In this document: piece by piece, positions 19,076 to 28,271 of the stretch
Position numbering within the stretch: the first letter of the stretch is position 1
Layout of the letters: each line of letters begins with the position of its first letter
From: a bacterium
GTDB lineage: Bacteria; Hinthialibacterota; Hinthialibacteria; Hinthialibacterales; Hinthialibacteraceae
Direction: 5' to 3'
NCBI GenBank assembly: GCA_963662285.2
Contig: CAXXMV010000002.1
Location: forward strand, 1,696,001-1,760,000
Length of the DNA: 64,000 nucleotides
Position numbers and translations under genes: made by a program
Notes under the pieces: generated by a model
What the model was told of the DNA's origin: nothing
The model's database searches: none
What the model saw: the letters and a program-made list of their open reading frames with translations, nothing else

Positions 19076-19624
19076 TCAAACGGTTATTTTTTCCACCTGT
19101 AGAAAATCTAGTTCAACGGGCGTCGAGCGTCCCAGGATATCAACCATAACTTTCAAGCGACCACGTTCTTCATTAATCTCGGCTACATAACCTGTAAAAT
19201 TAAAGAACGGTCCTTCTATTACCTTCACCTGTTCGCTCACTTCAAACACAATTCTCGGACGGGGCCGGTCTTCGGTTTGACTCATATGCTCTTTTATATT
19301 TTTCACTTCATCTTCACTGAGCGGGATTGGCATACGTCCCGTCCCTACGAATCCGGTGACGCCAGGCGTATTCTTGATCAAAGCCCAGGTATCATCATCA
19401 TAATCCATCTCAACTATTATATAACCGGGAAAAATCTTCTGTGTGGAAATCGATTTTTTTCCGTCGCGTATCTCCACTACTTCTTCCGTTGGAATCATAA
19501 CTTGAGATATCTTTTCGCCCAGACCCTCCGAGCGAACAGTGGATTCGATGTTTTCTTTAACTTTATTCTCGAATCCGGAATATGTATGGACAACGTACCA
19601 ATGCATGATCATGTTTACTACCAT
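19076..19624 (-). CDS. nusG: Transcription termination/antitermination factor NusG
   Basis: WYVVHTYSGFENKV, FPGYIIVEM, TPGVTGF and KOW motif VIEGPF..GRSTPVEL; exact start uncertain. Confidence 0.97.
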   Translation of the reverse strand: MVVNMIMHWYVVHTYSGFENKVKENIESTVRSEGLGEKISQVMIPTEEVVEIRDGKKSISTQKIFPGYIIVEMDYDDDTWALIKNTPGVTGFVGTGRMPIPLSEDEVKNIKEHMSQTEDRPRPRIVFEVSEQVKVIEGPFFNFTGYVAEINEERGRLKVMVDILGRSTPVELDFLQVEKITV

Positions 19625-19644
19625 TCATTACTAACGGATTTTTA

Positions 19645-19890
19645 TTAATATAATAAGTAAAGCCAATCACGAACAAACTTCATGACGATATCCCACAAGC
19701 CGCTATATACAGCGAAGATTACAACAGTAATCAGCACAACAACAGTTGAGTTATACACTTCATCTTTTGTTGGCCACGTTACTGTATCCAGTTCTGTGAG
19801 TACTCCAAACAAAAAACCGCCGAATTTTGATTCGACAAACTTGGTGCCCTTCACAGAGTCAATTATGCGTTTCAGCAGGCCTTCACCCAT
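19645..19890 (-). CDS. secE: Preprotein translocase subunit SecE
   Basis: EL..VTWPT..E motif plus a TM helix; immediately upstream of nusG. Confidence 0.92.
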   Translation of the reverse strand: MGEGLLKRIIDSVKGTKFVESKFGGFLFGVLTELDTVTWPTKDEVYNSTVVVLITVVIFAVYSGLWDIVMKFVRDWLYLLY

Positions 19891-20210
19891 AATGCTGATC
19901 CTTCATACTATAATAATGTTGTATTTTTATATTTAATATATCTTGTTGATATTCAAACATTTAAATCTAATTTATTGCAAAAAAATATCCCCCTCTTCGG
20001 GGTCTAATTTCCAAATATTACTTGTAATCACCTATCCTGTCAATCCTGTCCAACCCTTTCCTGCCAAATTTAACCGGATATATCTCTATCAACTATATAT
20101 ACATATTTATTTTTTTCTATCATCTGGCTAGGATAAAATATTTTAATTCCAATCATTTGAGAAGATTATATTGAGCCACGCAAATGATTGAACAAATATA
20201 CAATATATAT

Positions 20211-20873
20211 TCAAGCAAGTCTTTCCATCTGACAAAGCCACGAATCAAATAAACCACATTCCCGCCTTATGGTTTTTAATCCTATCTCCAAAGCAGCCAT
20301 TGAGCCATATAACGGTTTTTCATAACCTGGATATATTTTCTTAATTCGTTTGCTTGGCGCGGTCTCTTTACTATCATTAATCTCTTCCGGTGATGTAAAT
20401 TGATCTCTAATATCCTGAAATTTAGCGGTTAAACCACGCTCGTTAATCCCTTCAGCAAATTTTTCCGCATCGCTAAAAAGAAGCCCCTCGAACTCATACA
20501 TCTGCACAAATGGAATGAAACGGCGCATCGCATTACCAAGTATCGGCTCAAGTTTTTCTTTCAATGCCGCGCAAATGCTATCAGATTTGTCCTCTATTGA
20601 TCTGCATTTTGCAGCCTCAACCTTACCGGGAAAATCCATCGGCAAACCGTAAAAATCAAAAAAGGTAGTACAATAAGAAGTTCTATCTTCCTTGATCCTT
20701 TTTTTTATATCGACATGCAACCGCTCAAAACTGACATCTCCACCTTTTTGCCCAGGTTTCCCGATCAAGGAAGGACGAATATCAATACTATGTGATAGTA
20801 ACTGAGGATAAATCAATTCTTTAACAAACATCTCCTCAGTTTGACCTTCGCAAATAACATGCACCCGAATCAT
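20211..20873 (-). CDS. DUF4276 family (TOPRIM-like) protein
   Basis: MIRVHVICEGQTEE, TTFFDFYGLP, QMYEFEGLLFSD, PEEINDSKETAPSKRI; ATG overlaps the ATPase stop codon (ATGA). Confidence 0.8.
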   Translation of the reverse strand: MIRVHVICEGQTEEMFVKELIYPQLLSHSIDIRPSLIGKPGQKGGDVSFERLHVDIKKRIKEDRTSYCTTFFDFYGLPMDFPGKVEAAKCRSIEDKSDSICAALKEKLEPILGNAMRRFIPFVQMYEFEGLLFSDAEKFAEGINERGLTAKFQDIRDQFTSPEEINDSKETAPSKRIKKIYPGYEKPLYGSMAALEIGLKTIRRECGLFDSWLCQMERLA

Positions 20874-21979
20874 CTGCCGGGCCTCCCCCCCAATACATTC
20901 TTCTCCCACAACTCTCCAATGCTGTAGTCTTCCAGCCATTCCTTAAAATCTGCTTCATTGAGACGCTTAAACACTGAAGCGTCATCTTCTCTCTCCACTA
21001 CGATTAGATCATCAATTGAGAACTGGTTTAATAAAGGAACCGACTGGGTTGAAACAATAATCTGCATCCTTTGAGAATTTGAGCGCATCAGTGCGCCTAA
21101 CAGGGTGATAGCATAGGGATGAAGCCCCAATTCCGGTTCATCAATTACGATTGTTGAAGGAGGATTAGGTTGCAGCAACGCCGTAGCCAGACATATAAAA
21201 CGAATCGAACCATCCGACAGTTGACTAGGCCAGAACGGATAATCGCTATCCAGCTGCTTCCACAAAAGCCTGATTTGTTCCTCTCCACTGGGAAGCGCCT
21301 GCGGCCTCAACACAAAATCATCAAAAAAGGGAATCGCAAGCCGCACTGTTTTACGGATTTTCTGATAAAGATCAGGATATTTTTCTCTAAGAAGATAAAG
21401 AAATGCAGCGAGGTTTGATGCATCTGAACGCAAGTATGCATTATCATGTAAAGAACAAAGCCGCTTTACACCAGCAGTATCACTGGTGTCATGAAAATGA
21501 AATACCTTCCAACTTGAAATAGAACTATAACAATTCTCAGGGACTTTAACTAATGATTCTTCAGAGTTCTTTTTCAACAACATCGATTCTGATTTTCCCG
21601 AAGATAAAACCAATTTACAAGGAGTCTTTATGCCCTGATAAATAAAAGATTCATCAGCAAAAGTAAAACCATCTTCCGCAGTTGGTTCCAAGGAGAATTT
21701 ATATCCATTTTCTCCAAACTCCACCAAAGTTTCCAATCGTGGAGTTATTTTAACCCCATAAGTCAATATCCGATCAGCGCCGCCTTGCTTTTTGGTCCAT
21801 ACCTGCAAGCGCTGATCCATCATTTCACCAAGCATCTTAAAATAAGAAACAAAATTACTTTTTCCCACTCCATTGGCGCCAATAAGCGCATTCAGGTTCG
21901 ACAATTCGAGTTCATCCAAATCTCGAATTGACTTAAAACCTTTAATAGTAATTTTTTTAATAGGATTACTGTTTTCCAT
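20870..21979 (-). CDS. ABC-type AAA ATPase (AAA_21/AAA_15-like)
   Basis: IKGFKSI, Walker A GANGVGKSN, signature LSDGSIRF, Walker B IDEPELGLHP, VSTQS. Confidence 0.9.
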   Translation of the reverse strand: MENSNPIKKITIKGFKSIRDLDELELSNLNALIGANGVGKSNFVSYFKMLGEMMDQRLQVWTKKQGGADRILTYGVKITPRLETLVEFGENGYKFSLEPTAEDGFTFADESFIYQGIKTPCKLVLSSGKSESMLLKKNSEESLVKVPENCYSSISSWKVFHFHDTSDTAGVKRLCSLHDNAYLRSDASNLAAFLYLLREKYPDLYQKIRKTVRLAIPFFDDFVLRPQALPSGEEQIRLLWKQLDSDYPFWPSQLSDGSIRFICLATALLQPNPPSTIVIDEPELGLHPYAITLLGALMRSNSQRMQIIVSTQSVPLLNQFSIDDLIVVEREDDASVFKRLNEADFKEWLEDYSIGELWEKNVLGGRPGR

Positions 21980-22055
21980 TAATTAATACCCAAAAAAAAT
22001 CTTGATATCACATTTATACATTAATTTATGTAAAAGTATACGCAGGCGCCAGCGA

Positions 22056-22176
22056 GTAGATGGGAAAAAGCAACAGCGTGTCCCATCGTATTTTCTGTTT
22101 GGCTTTTATGGCGCCTTGGGATATGAACCAGCCAGTAGGGTGGGTCACGCCTTACCGACCCACCAAAACCACCTAC
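22056..22176. repeat. REP-like cluster after pheS: family B 22056-22087, family C 22135-22164, inverted GTAG end to 22176
   Basis: GTAGATGGGAAAAAGCAACAGCGTGTCCCATC; GTAGGGTGGGTC..GACCCACC-AAAACCACCTAC. Confidence 0.75.
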
Positions 22177-22188
22177 TTCGGATATTCT

Positions 22189-23232
22189 CTAGCAGAATTG
22201 TTTCAAAAATCGCACGTCGTTTTCGAAGAAGAGGCGGATGTCGTTGATCTGGTACTTGAGCATGGCGATGCGTTCGATGCCCACGCCGAAGGCGAAACCG
22301 CTGTATTTGGCGGGGTCGTAACCTACTGACTCAAAGACCGCAGGATCAACCATTCCGCAGCCCAGGATTTCTATCCAACCGGTGCCTTTGCAGATGCGGC
22401 AGTTGGGGTCCTCTCCCCGGCAGGCGAAGCATTCAATATCCATTTCGGCGCTGGGTTCGGTGAACGGGAAATAGGACGGACGAAAGCGAACGCCTATTTC
22501 AGGAGAAAAGAGACTATGAATCAGTTGTTCAAGCGTCCCGCGCAGGTCGCGGAAAGAGATATCGGTATCAACTACCAATCCCTCAATCTGGCTGAACATG
22601 GGTGAATGAGTAACGTCTGAATCACAGCGGTAAACCCGCCCTGGAGCGATCATGCGCAGAGGGGGTTGATGACTCTTCATGTATCGAACCTGAACCGGAG
22701 AGGTATGGGTGCGCAGAACGTGACCGCTTTTCATGAAGAAGGTGTCCTGCATATCCCGCGCCGGGTGATCTGGTGGAATATTCAACGCTTCAAAGTTGTA
22801 ATATTCCGTCTCGATCTCTGGTCCTTCAGAGATATCGTAACCCATGGAATAAAAAAGTTCTTCGATCTCCAGTTGGGTTTGGATCAAGGGATGAACCGCG
22901 CCGCTCTTATTCCAGGTTCCAGGCAGAGTAATATCCGTCTCATCCGCTTCAAGTTTGCGGGATGATTCGGCGCCTTTCAACTTGGCCTGAAATGAATCAT
23001 AAGCCTCTTCAAGAGCATCGGCGACCTGGTTGGCCAATTGGCCGATCACCGGGCGTTCTTCTTGAGAGAGTTTGCCCAATCCACGCAAAACCGCTTTTAC
23101 CTTGCCTTTTTTGCCAAGATAGAGGGTTTTCGCTTCATAAAGAGACTGTAGAGAATCCGCCTTGGCGAATTCACTTAGCCCTTGCTGCTTTGCTTCCTCG
23201 AGTTGAGCGCGGAGATCGGGTTGTTCAGTCAT
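22189..23232 (-). CDS. pheS: Phenylalanine--tRNA ligase alpha subunit
   Basis: HPARDMQDTF, LRTHTSPVQ, FRPSYFPFTEPS, GFAFGVGIERIAM. Confidence 0.99.
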   Translation of the reverse strand: MTEQPDLRAQLEEAKQQGLSEFAKADSLQSLYEAKTLYLGKKGKVKAVLRGLGKLSQEERPVIGQLANQVADALEEAYDSFQAKLKGAESSRKLEADETDITLPGTWNKSGAVHPLIQTQLEIEELFYSMGYDISEGPEIETEYYNFEALNIPPDHPARDMQDTFFMKSGHVLRTHTSPVQVRYMKSHQPPLRMIAPGRVYRCDSDVTHSPMFSQIEGLVVDTDISFRDLRGTLEQLIHSLFSPEIGVRFRPSYFPFTEPSAEMDIECFACRGEDPNCRICKGTGWIEILGCGMVDPAVFESVGYDPAKYSGFAFGVGIERIAMLKYQINDIRLFFENDVRFLKQFC

Positions 23233-23250
23233 CGGTTCAACCTATACATG

Positions 23251-23281
23251 AAAAGTCCGCGACGTGCATCGCCGCGGGCTT
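23251..23281 (-). terminator. Terminator-like hairpin between rplT and pheS
   Basis: Minus strand reads AGCCCGCGGCG-ATGCA-CGTCGCGGACT-TTT. Confidence 0.55.
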
Positions 23282-23308
23282 CAGTTTTTACTTAAATAAA
23301 ACGGCGTC

Positions 23309-23665
23309 TTACGCTTCTTGTTGTTTTACGGCGTCGACCAGCTGATTAAATGAATCCATATCGCTAACCGCGAGATGAGCCAATTGCTTACGGTCAATCT
23401 CGATGCCTGATTTAATAAGGCCGCCCATGAAGACGCTATAAGAAGTGCCGGCCATTTTGGCGGCGGCGCTGATCCGTTGAATCCACAAACGGCGGAAATC
23501 GCGTTTACGGTTCCGGCGGTCGCGGTATGCGTATTGCAACGCTTTATGGACGCCATTACGGGCGGAGCGAATTAAGTTGCGACGTCCCTGACTTGAACCC
23601 TTCGCAGCTTTAAGAACTTTTTTTCTTCTGTTGCGTGATGCAACCTGACTAATTGCGCGTGGCAT
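23309..23665 (-). CDS. rplT: 50S ribosomal protein L20
   Basis: YAYRDRRNRKRDFRRLWIQRISAA, IDRKQLA. Confidence 0.98.
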   Translation of the reverse strand: MPRAISQVASRNRRKKVLKAAKGSSQGRRNLIRSARNGVHKALQYAYRDRRNRKRDFRRLWIQRISAAAKMAGTSYSVFMGGLIKSGIEIDRKQLAHLAVSDMDSFNQLVDAVKQQEA

Positions 23666-23690
23666 TATCTATCAACCTCTCTTCATGCTA

Positions 23691-23894
23691 TTAAACAGCC
23701 AACATCCGACGTACACGCTTAACTTCCTGAGCGCAAACGATAGTTTGTTGACGCAAACGACGTTTTTGCTTTGTGGTTTTTCTTCTCCGAAGATGACTCA
23801 AATAGGCGCGTTCACGTTTGAACTTGCCGGTTTTGGTCTTGCGAAACCGCTTGGCGGCTCCACGGTTAGTTTTCATTTTATTCCCAGACGCCAT
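23691..23894 (-). CDS. rpmI: 50S ribosomal protein L35
   Basis: [21 protein letters not shown]; located between infC and rplT. Confidence 0.95.
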   Translation of the reverse strand: MASGNKMKTNRGAAKRFRKTKTGKFKRERAYLSHLRRRKTTKQKRRLRQQTIVCAQEVKRVRRMLAV

Positions 23895-23896
23895 GA

Positions 23897-24646
23897 TTAC
23901 TCCTTATCCGATATAATATCTTTTCCAGTTTCGCCATTCGGCGTGGTATCTGCTATTACTGGTTTTGGTTCAACTTTTGATGCTTCTACTGCCGGTGCTT
24001 CTACGGCGGGTGTTGCTTCTGCCGGTCCTGCAACGCTAGAAATTGAGGATTCTTTAGACTCCTCTTTTTTCTTGCTGTCTTTTTCCATTTTTTTCTTCTG
24101 CACTGCTGTAAGAGGGGCGATTATCATATTCATAAAGCGGCCTTCCGTTCTGGGAGACTGCTCAACGACGCCATGTGATTCCAGATCTCTTATAACCCGT
24201 TCCAATACTACTCGCCCTAATTCTTTATGGGCATTCTCACGACCACGGAATTGTAATATAAATTTAACCTTATCGTCATGTTCAAGGAATTTTTTTGAAT
24301 GACTTATCTTGAATTCGTAATCGTGTTGATCAATACGAGGACGAAGCTTTATTTCCTTGACAATGATAAGTTTCTGTTTCTTTTTAGCTTCTTTTTGTTT
24401 CTTGGCCAATTCATATTTATAATGGCCATAATCCATAATGCGACATACGTGTGGTTTAGATTTGGCGCTGACTTCAACCAGATCCAACTCCGCATCTGTT
24501 GCCCGTTTTAGCGCTTCTTCAATCGTGATAACTCCTGAGTGTTCACCAGATGAATCAATCAGGCGAACCTCACGCTCTCGAATCAGTTCATTAACTCGGG
24601 TCATATCGCGGGGTGCTTCCCGCCTTAAATTGGATCGTTTTCTAAT
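23897..24646 (-). CDS. infC: Translation initiation factor IF-3 with probable ATT start and a long C-terminal extension
   Basis: [35 protein letters not shown]. An in-frame ATT at 24646 follows an in-frame TAA and sits 11 nt after GAGGAG. Confidence 0.93.
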   Translation of the reverse strand: MRKRSNLRREAPRDMTRVNELIREREVRLIDSSGEHSGVITIEEALKRATDAELDLVEVSAKSKPHVCRIMDYGHYKYELAKKQKEAKKKQKLIIVKEIKLRPRIDQHDYEFKISHSKKFLEHDDKVKFILQFRGRENAHKELGRVVLERVIRDLESHGVVEQSPRTEGRFMNMIIAPLTAVQKKKMEKDSKKKEESKESSISSVAGPAEATPAVEAPAVEASKVEPKPVIADTTPNGETGKDIISDKE

Positions 24647-24701
24647 TTAAAATCACACTCCTCTCAGACTTTCCGTCCAGGATTAAAAAAACAATTTCAC
24701 A

Positions 24702-26612
24702 TTATATATCACTTTTGGGTATTGCTGTAACCGTTGCGATATGTTTGTAAGCATTTTCCAGGGTCATAACGCCCAAATCATTGCGTCCACGCTCACGAAC
24801 CGATACGGTATTATCATCGACTTCACGCTTGCCTGCAACCAGCATTACTGGCACTTTTTGCGCTTCCGCTTCGCGAATCTTGAAACCTATTTTCTCATTG
24901 CGTTGATCGATTTCGCAACGAACGCCATCCCTGCGCAATTGAACAATAATATCCTGCGCATAGGGTATTTGGTCATCTGTTATCGGGAGAACTTTAACTT
25001 GAACAGGAGCAAGCCAACCGGGAAACGCGCCTTTGTAATGTTCGATCAGGTTGCCCATAAACCGTTCCATCGATCCCAGCACGGTGCGGTGAATCATTAC
25101 AACCTGTTTTTTATCACCATTGGTATCAATATAATTGACATCGAAGCGTTCAGGAAGGTTAAAGTCAAGTTGGAAGGTCGGTCCCTGCCATGTGCGCCCC
25201 AATGCATCGAATAATTTAACATCTATTTTAGGGCCATAGAATACGCCGCCGCCTTCATCTAATTTCCAGGGCTTGCCTGTTTTTTCCAGGCAATCGCGCA
25301 ACGTATCAGTAGCATGATCCCACATTGCATCGGTTCCCAGCCATTTTTCCGGACGGGTGGCCAGGTACATTTCATACTCAAAACCGAAGGCTTTCATCAT
25401 GAAATCAGCCAAACGGATAACGCCGTTTATTTCGTCTTCCAGCTGGTCTGTAGTGCAAAAAATATGGGCGTCGTCCTGGGTGAAGCCCCGCACCCGCAAC
25501 AGGCCATGCAATGCTCCAGATCGTTCATAACGGTATACCGTGCCCAATTCGGCGTAGCGGATAGGCAGTTCACGGTAACTATGCAGGTGAGTCTTGAATA
25601 TCAGGATATGCCCGGGACAGTTCATCGGTTTGGCGTAATAATCATTGCCATCGATATCCATGGGCGAATACATATTTTCTTTATAATTTTCCAGATGCCC
25701 AGATTGCTCGAACAGATTGCCTTTCAGCAGGTGAGGGATATAAACCTGTTCGTATCCATGTTTATAATGTTCTTCACGCCAGAAATTTTCGATAACGCTT
25801 CTGATCCGGGCCCCTTGGGGATGCCAGAAAACCAGACCGGGACCGGCTTCTTCATGGATGCTGTATAAATCCAGTTCTCTACCGATTTTGCGGTGATCCC
25901 GTTCCTTCGCTTCTTCCAGTTTCTTCAGATGTTCCTTCAGTTCTTTGTTCGAAGCGGCGGCGGTGCCATAGATGCGCTGCAACATGGGGCGCTGCTCATC
26001 GCCGCGCCAATAGGCGCCGGCATTATGCAGAATCTTGAAATGCTTCAGGCAGCCGGTATTAGGAACATGCGGACCCCGGCACATATCAGTAAATTCGCCT
26101 TGTTTATAAAAACTGAAAGCCGAATCTTCAAAACCCTCAATCATCTCAATTTTGTAATCCTGGTTGCGTTCTTTGTAATAACTTATCGCGGCATCACGAT
26201 CCAGAGAATAGTGCTCAAGCGGGATGCGCTCTTTGACAAGTTCCTTCATCCGATTTTCTATTTTCTCTAAATCTTCTGGAGTGAAGGGTTTATCGACATC
26301 AAAATCGTAATAAAAACCGCTTTCGATAGCAGGACCAATAGCAAGTTTCGCTTCGGGAAACAATTCAAGAACAACCTGAGCCATCAAGTGAGCTGTGCTG
26401 TGATAGAGGATTTCCAGACCTTGAGGATCGCTGCTCAGCAGCCACTGCAACTCGCCGTCTTCTGACAAAGAAGAGTCTAAATCAATCGCAACGCCATTAA
26501 ACAATGCGGCGATTATGCCGTCAGGTTTTTTGGGTCTTGACTGTAGGATTTCTTTGACAACTGCCCCGGATGCAACCTCGATAGAATCGTCGCCAATTTT
26601 TATTTTTATCAC
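24702..26612 (-). CDS. thrS: Threonine--tRNA ligase
   Basis: HSTAHLMAQ, GFYYDF, DMCRGPHV, KPMNCPGH, RVRGFTQDDAH, YGPKID, GSMERF. Confidence 0.99.
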   Translation of the reverse strand: MIKIKIGDDSIEVASGAVVKEILQSRPKKPDGIIAALFNGVAIDLDSSLSEDGELQWLLSSDPQGLEILYHSTAHLMAQVVLELFPEAKLAIGPAIESGFYYDFDVDKPFTPEDLEKIENRMKELVKERIPLEHYSLDRDAAISYYKERNQDYKIEMIEGFEDSAFSFYKQGEFTDMCRGPHVPNTGCLKHFKILHNAGAYWRGDEQRPMLQRIYGTAAASNKELKEHLKKLEEAKERDHRKIGRELDLYSIHEEAGPGLVFWHPQGARIRSVIENFWREEHYKHGYEQVYIPHLLKGNLFEQSGHLENYKENMYSPMDIDGNDYYAKPMNCPGHILIFKTHLHSYRELPIRYAELGTVYRYERSGALHGLLRVRGFTQDDAHIFCTTDQLEDEINGVIRLADFMMKAFGFEYEMYLATRPEKWLGTDAMWDHATDTLRDCLEKTGKPWKLDEGGGVFYGPKIDVKLFDALGRTWQGPTFQLDFNLPERFDVNYIDTNGDKKQVVMIHRTVLGSMERFMGNLIEHYKGAFPGWLAPVQVKVLPITDDQIPYAQDIIVQLRRDGVRCEIDQRNEKIGFKIREAEAQKVPVMLVAGKREVDDNTVSVRERGRNDLGVMTLENAYKHIATVTAIPKSDI

Positions 26613-26692
26613 TTTTTTTATCCAATGAACCTGTTGCAGACATGATTTATTTCAATCATGAACCGTATTTGGTTTTACTTATAAACGTATAC

Positions 26693-26733
26693 AAAAAAAA
26701 CTGGAATATTACTTTTTCTGATAATATTTCCAG
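26693..26733 (-). terminator. Terminator-like hairpin about 80 nt upstream of thrS
   Basis: Minus strand CTGGAAATATTA..TAATATTCCAG followed by T8. Confidence 0.55.
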
Positions 26734-26895
26734 CCAATATCATTATATATAATCGCTGTATTACCAGGTATTTATGGTAAGATATCCAGTCAAAATCCCA
26801 AAACGCGATAATTAGATTTATTCCGACCGGGCATCAATACTGGTCTTTATATGACCAGATATTCCACTGGTCGCTTTATGACCGGGTATTTATTG

Positions 26896-26923
26896 AAAAA
26901 CCCGCTTCTATTATAGAAACGGG
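26896..26923 (-). terminator. Terminator after tRNA-Val
   Basis: Minus strand reads CCCGTTTCTA-TAA-TAGAAGCGGG-TTTTT. Confidence 0.7.
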
Positions 26924-26938
26924 GGAGATTGAGGTGCA

Positions 26939-27017
26939 TGGTGGGTCTTACTGGACTTGAACCAGTGACCTCTTGCATGTCAAGCAAGCACTCTAACCAA
27001 AACTGAGCTAAAGACCC
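26939..27017 (-). tRNA. tRNA-Val(GAC)
   Basis: GGGTCTT/AAGACCC acceptor stem, CTTGC-TT-GAC-AT-GCAAG anticodon arm, GGTTCAAGTCC T-arm and encoded CCA. Confidence 0.97.
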
Positions 27018-27033
27018 ATAAACAGCAAAAAAA

Positions 27034-27061
27034 ATTATATCGGATTTGAACTTTTCGTCAA
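27034..27061 (-). promoter_or_regulatory. Sigma70-type promoter of tRNA-Val
   Basis: TTGACG-N16-TATAAT on the minus strand just upstream of the tRNA. Confidence 0.75.
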
Positions 27062-27108
27062 CTCCTCAAACGCTTGGTATTGCTTAAAATAACAGATTAT
27101 CCTTAAGT

Positions 27109-27927
27109 TCATCCACTGGCGTCAAAGGAAGAGCCTTTTTGGGGAGCCGTATCCGGTTTGGAGAGATTTTGAGTTAATTCCCGTAACGATTGCATCAATT
27201 TTGTAAGAGAATCATAACTTAACGCATCATTTTCAAATGAATTCTCTGAAAAGAATGAGTCTGTAAGTTCATCAGCAGTGACTAAACCGTTGCCATCAAT
27301 ATCCAAGCGGTTAAAAAGGTCTTCATCTTTGCCCAACTCATTACGGGATAGAGCGCCGTCGCCATCGGAATCACTTGAACTAACAAAATCCTCAAAAGCT
27401 TTTTTGGCGATATTCCTCACGCTTTTATCTTCAGTTCCATCATCATTGGCGGCAAAAGCATTGTCTATTATTTTCTGCATCAATTGCGATTGAAGCGCCA
27501 GTTCGGGATTCTGCTCAATCAGGTCAGTTGCAAGTTCTTCAGCTGAGACCAGGCCGTCTCCATCTTGATCTACGCGTTGAAATGTTTCATCATCTCCACC
27601 GAATTCTTCTCTGGAAAGCAATCCGTCCCCATCATTATCGCGCCCTTCAACCAATTGATTCATCATATCTTCGAGCATAGTTTGAAGCGTATTTTTGGCG
27701 CCCGATGCATCCACCTTAAATAAACCTTCAAAATCGGTCTGATCGATTTGCCCATCCTGGTTGGCGTCGAGCATGGCGAATGCTTTGTCGTCTCCGCCGA
27801 ATTCATTACGACCGATGCCGCCGCTTGAATCTGCGTCGTATTTCTTTATTGATGAATAGGTTCGGGCAGCTATGTTCCTGCTCATTGCGGAAGCTGAACC
27901 ATCTGAGGAATTTATTCCATTAACCAT
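27109..27927 (-). CDS. EF-hand calcium-binding protein (six DxDxDG-type loops)
   Basis: DADSSG, DANQDG, DNDGDG, DQDGDG, DSDGDG and DIDGNG loops; start MVNGIN follows AGGAGGAAGG. Confidence 0.85.
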   Translation of the reverse strand: MVNGINSSDGSASAMSRNIAARTYSSIKKYDADSSGGIGRNEFGGDDKAFAMLDANQDGQIDQTDFEGLFKVDASGAKNTLQTMLEDMMNQLVEGRDNDGDGLLSREEFGGDDETFQRVDQDGDGLVSAEELATDLIEQNPELALQSQLMQKIIDNAFAANDDGTEDKSVRNIAKKAFEDFVSSSDSDGDGALSRNELGKDEDLFNRLDIDGNGLVTADELTDSFFSENSFENDALSYDSLTKLMQSLRELTQNLSKPDTAPQKGSSFDASG

Positions 27928-28106
27928 CGCCCTTCCTCCTATTGAGAAAGATGGAATGCTAACCACTCTAGTACGTATATTTTCGCGCTATTTAGTTAAG
28001 GTGTAAACAGGTTTTATCAGATATTTGCTGCAGGGTTATATTTCATCATGTCCGACCGTTCATCCAATAGTATTTTTCCAGTAATATAAGATGAGGAGAA
28101 TAAAAA

Positions 28107-28271
28107 ATGGCGGATTTCGGAATAAAAATCAAAACTTGGATATCACGCATCAAATCGATCATGATGGGCGACGCGTTCCTGTGCGACCGCTGTAAGTTCA
28201 ATTATGGCAATGTCTGCATCCGGCCAGAGCGCCCCAACGCCAAACAATGCCCTGAATTTGTCAAAAAATAG
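28107..28271 (+). CDS. Small Cys-rich protein, 54 aa (not in ORF track)
   Basis: GAGGAG RBS; MADFGIKIKTWISRIKSIMMGDAFLCDRCKFNYGNVCIRPERPNAKQCPEFVKK. Confidence 0.65.
   Translation: MADFGIKIKTWISRIKSIMMGDAFLCDRCKFNYGNVCIRPERPNAKQCPEFVKK

Noticed and set aside
26840-26885. E. coli-type thrS anticodon-mimic operator or T-box
   Set aside because: The loops lack the NGU Thr anticodon and no T-box consensus is visible. Kept only as an unexplained structured region.
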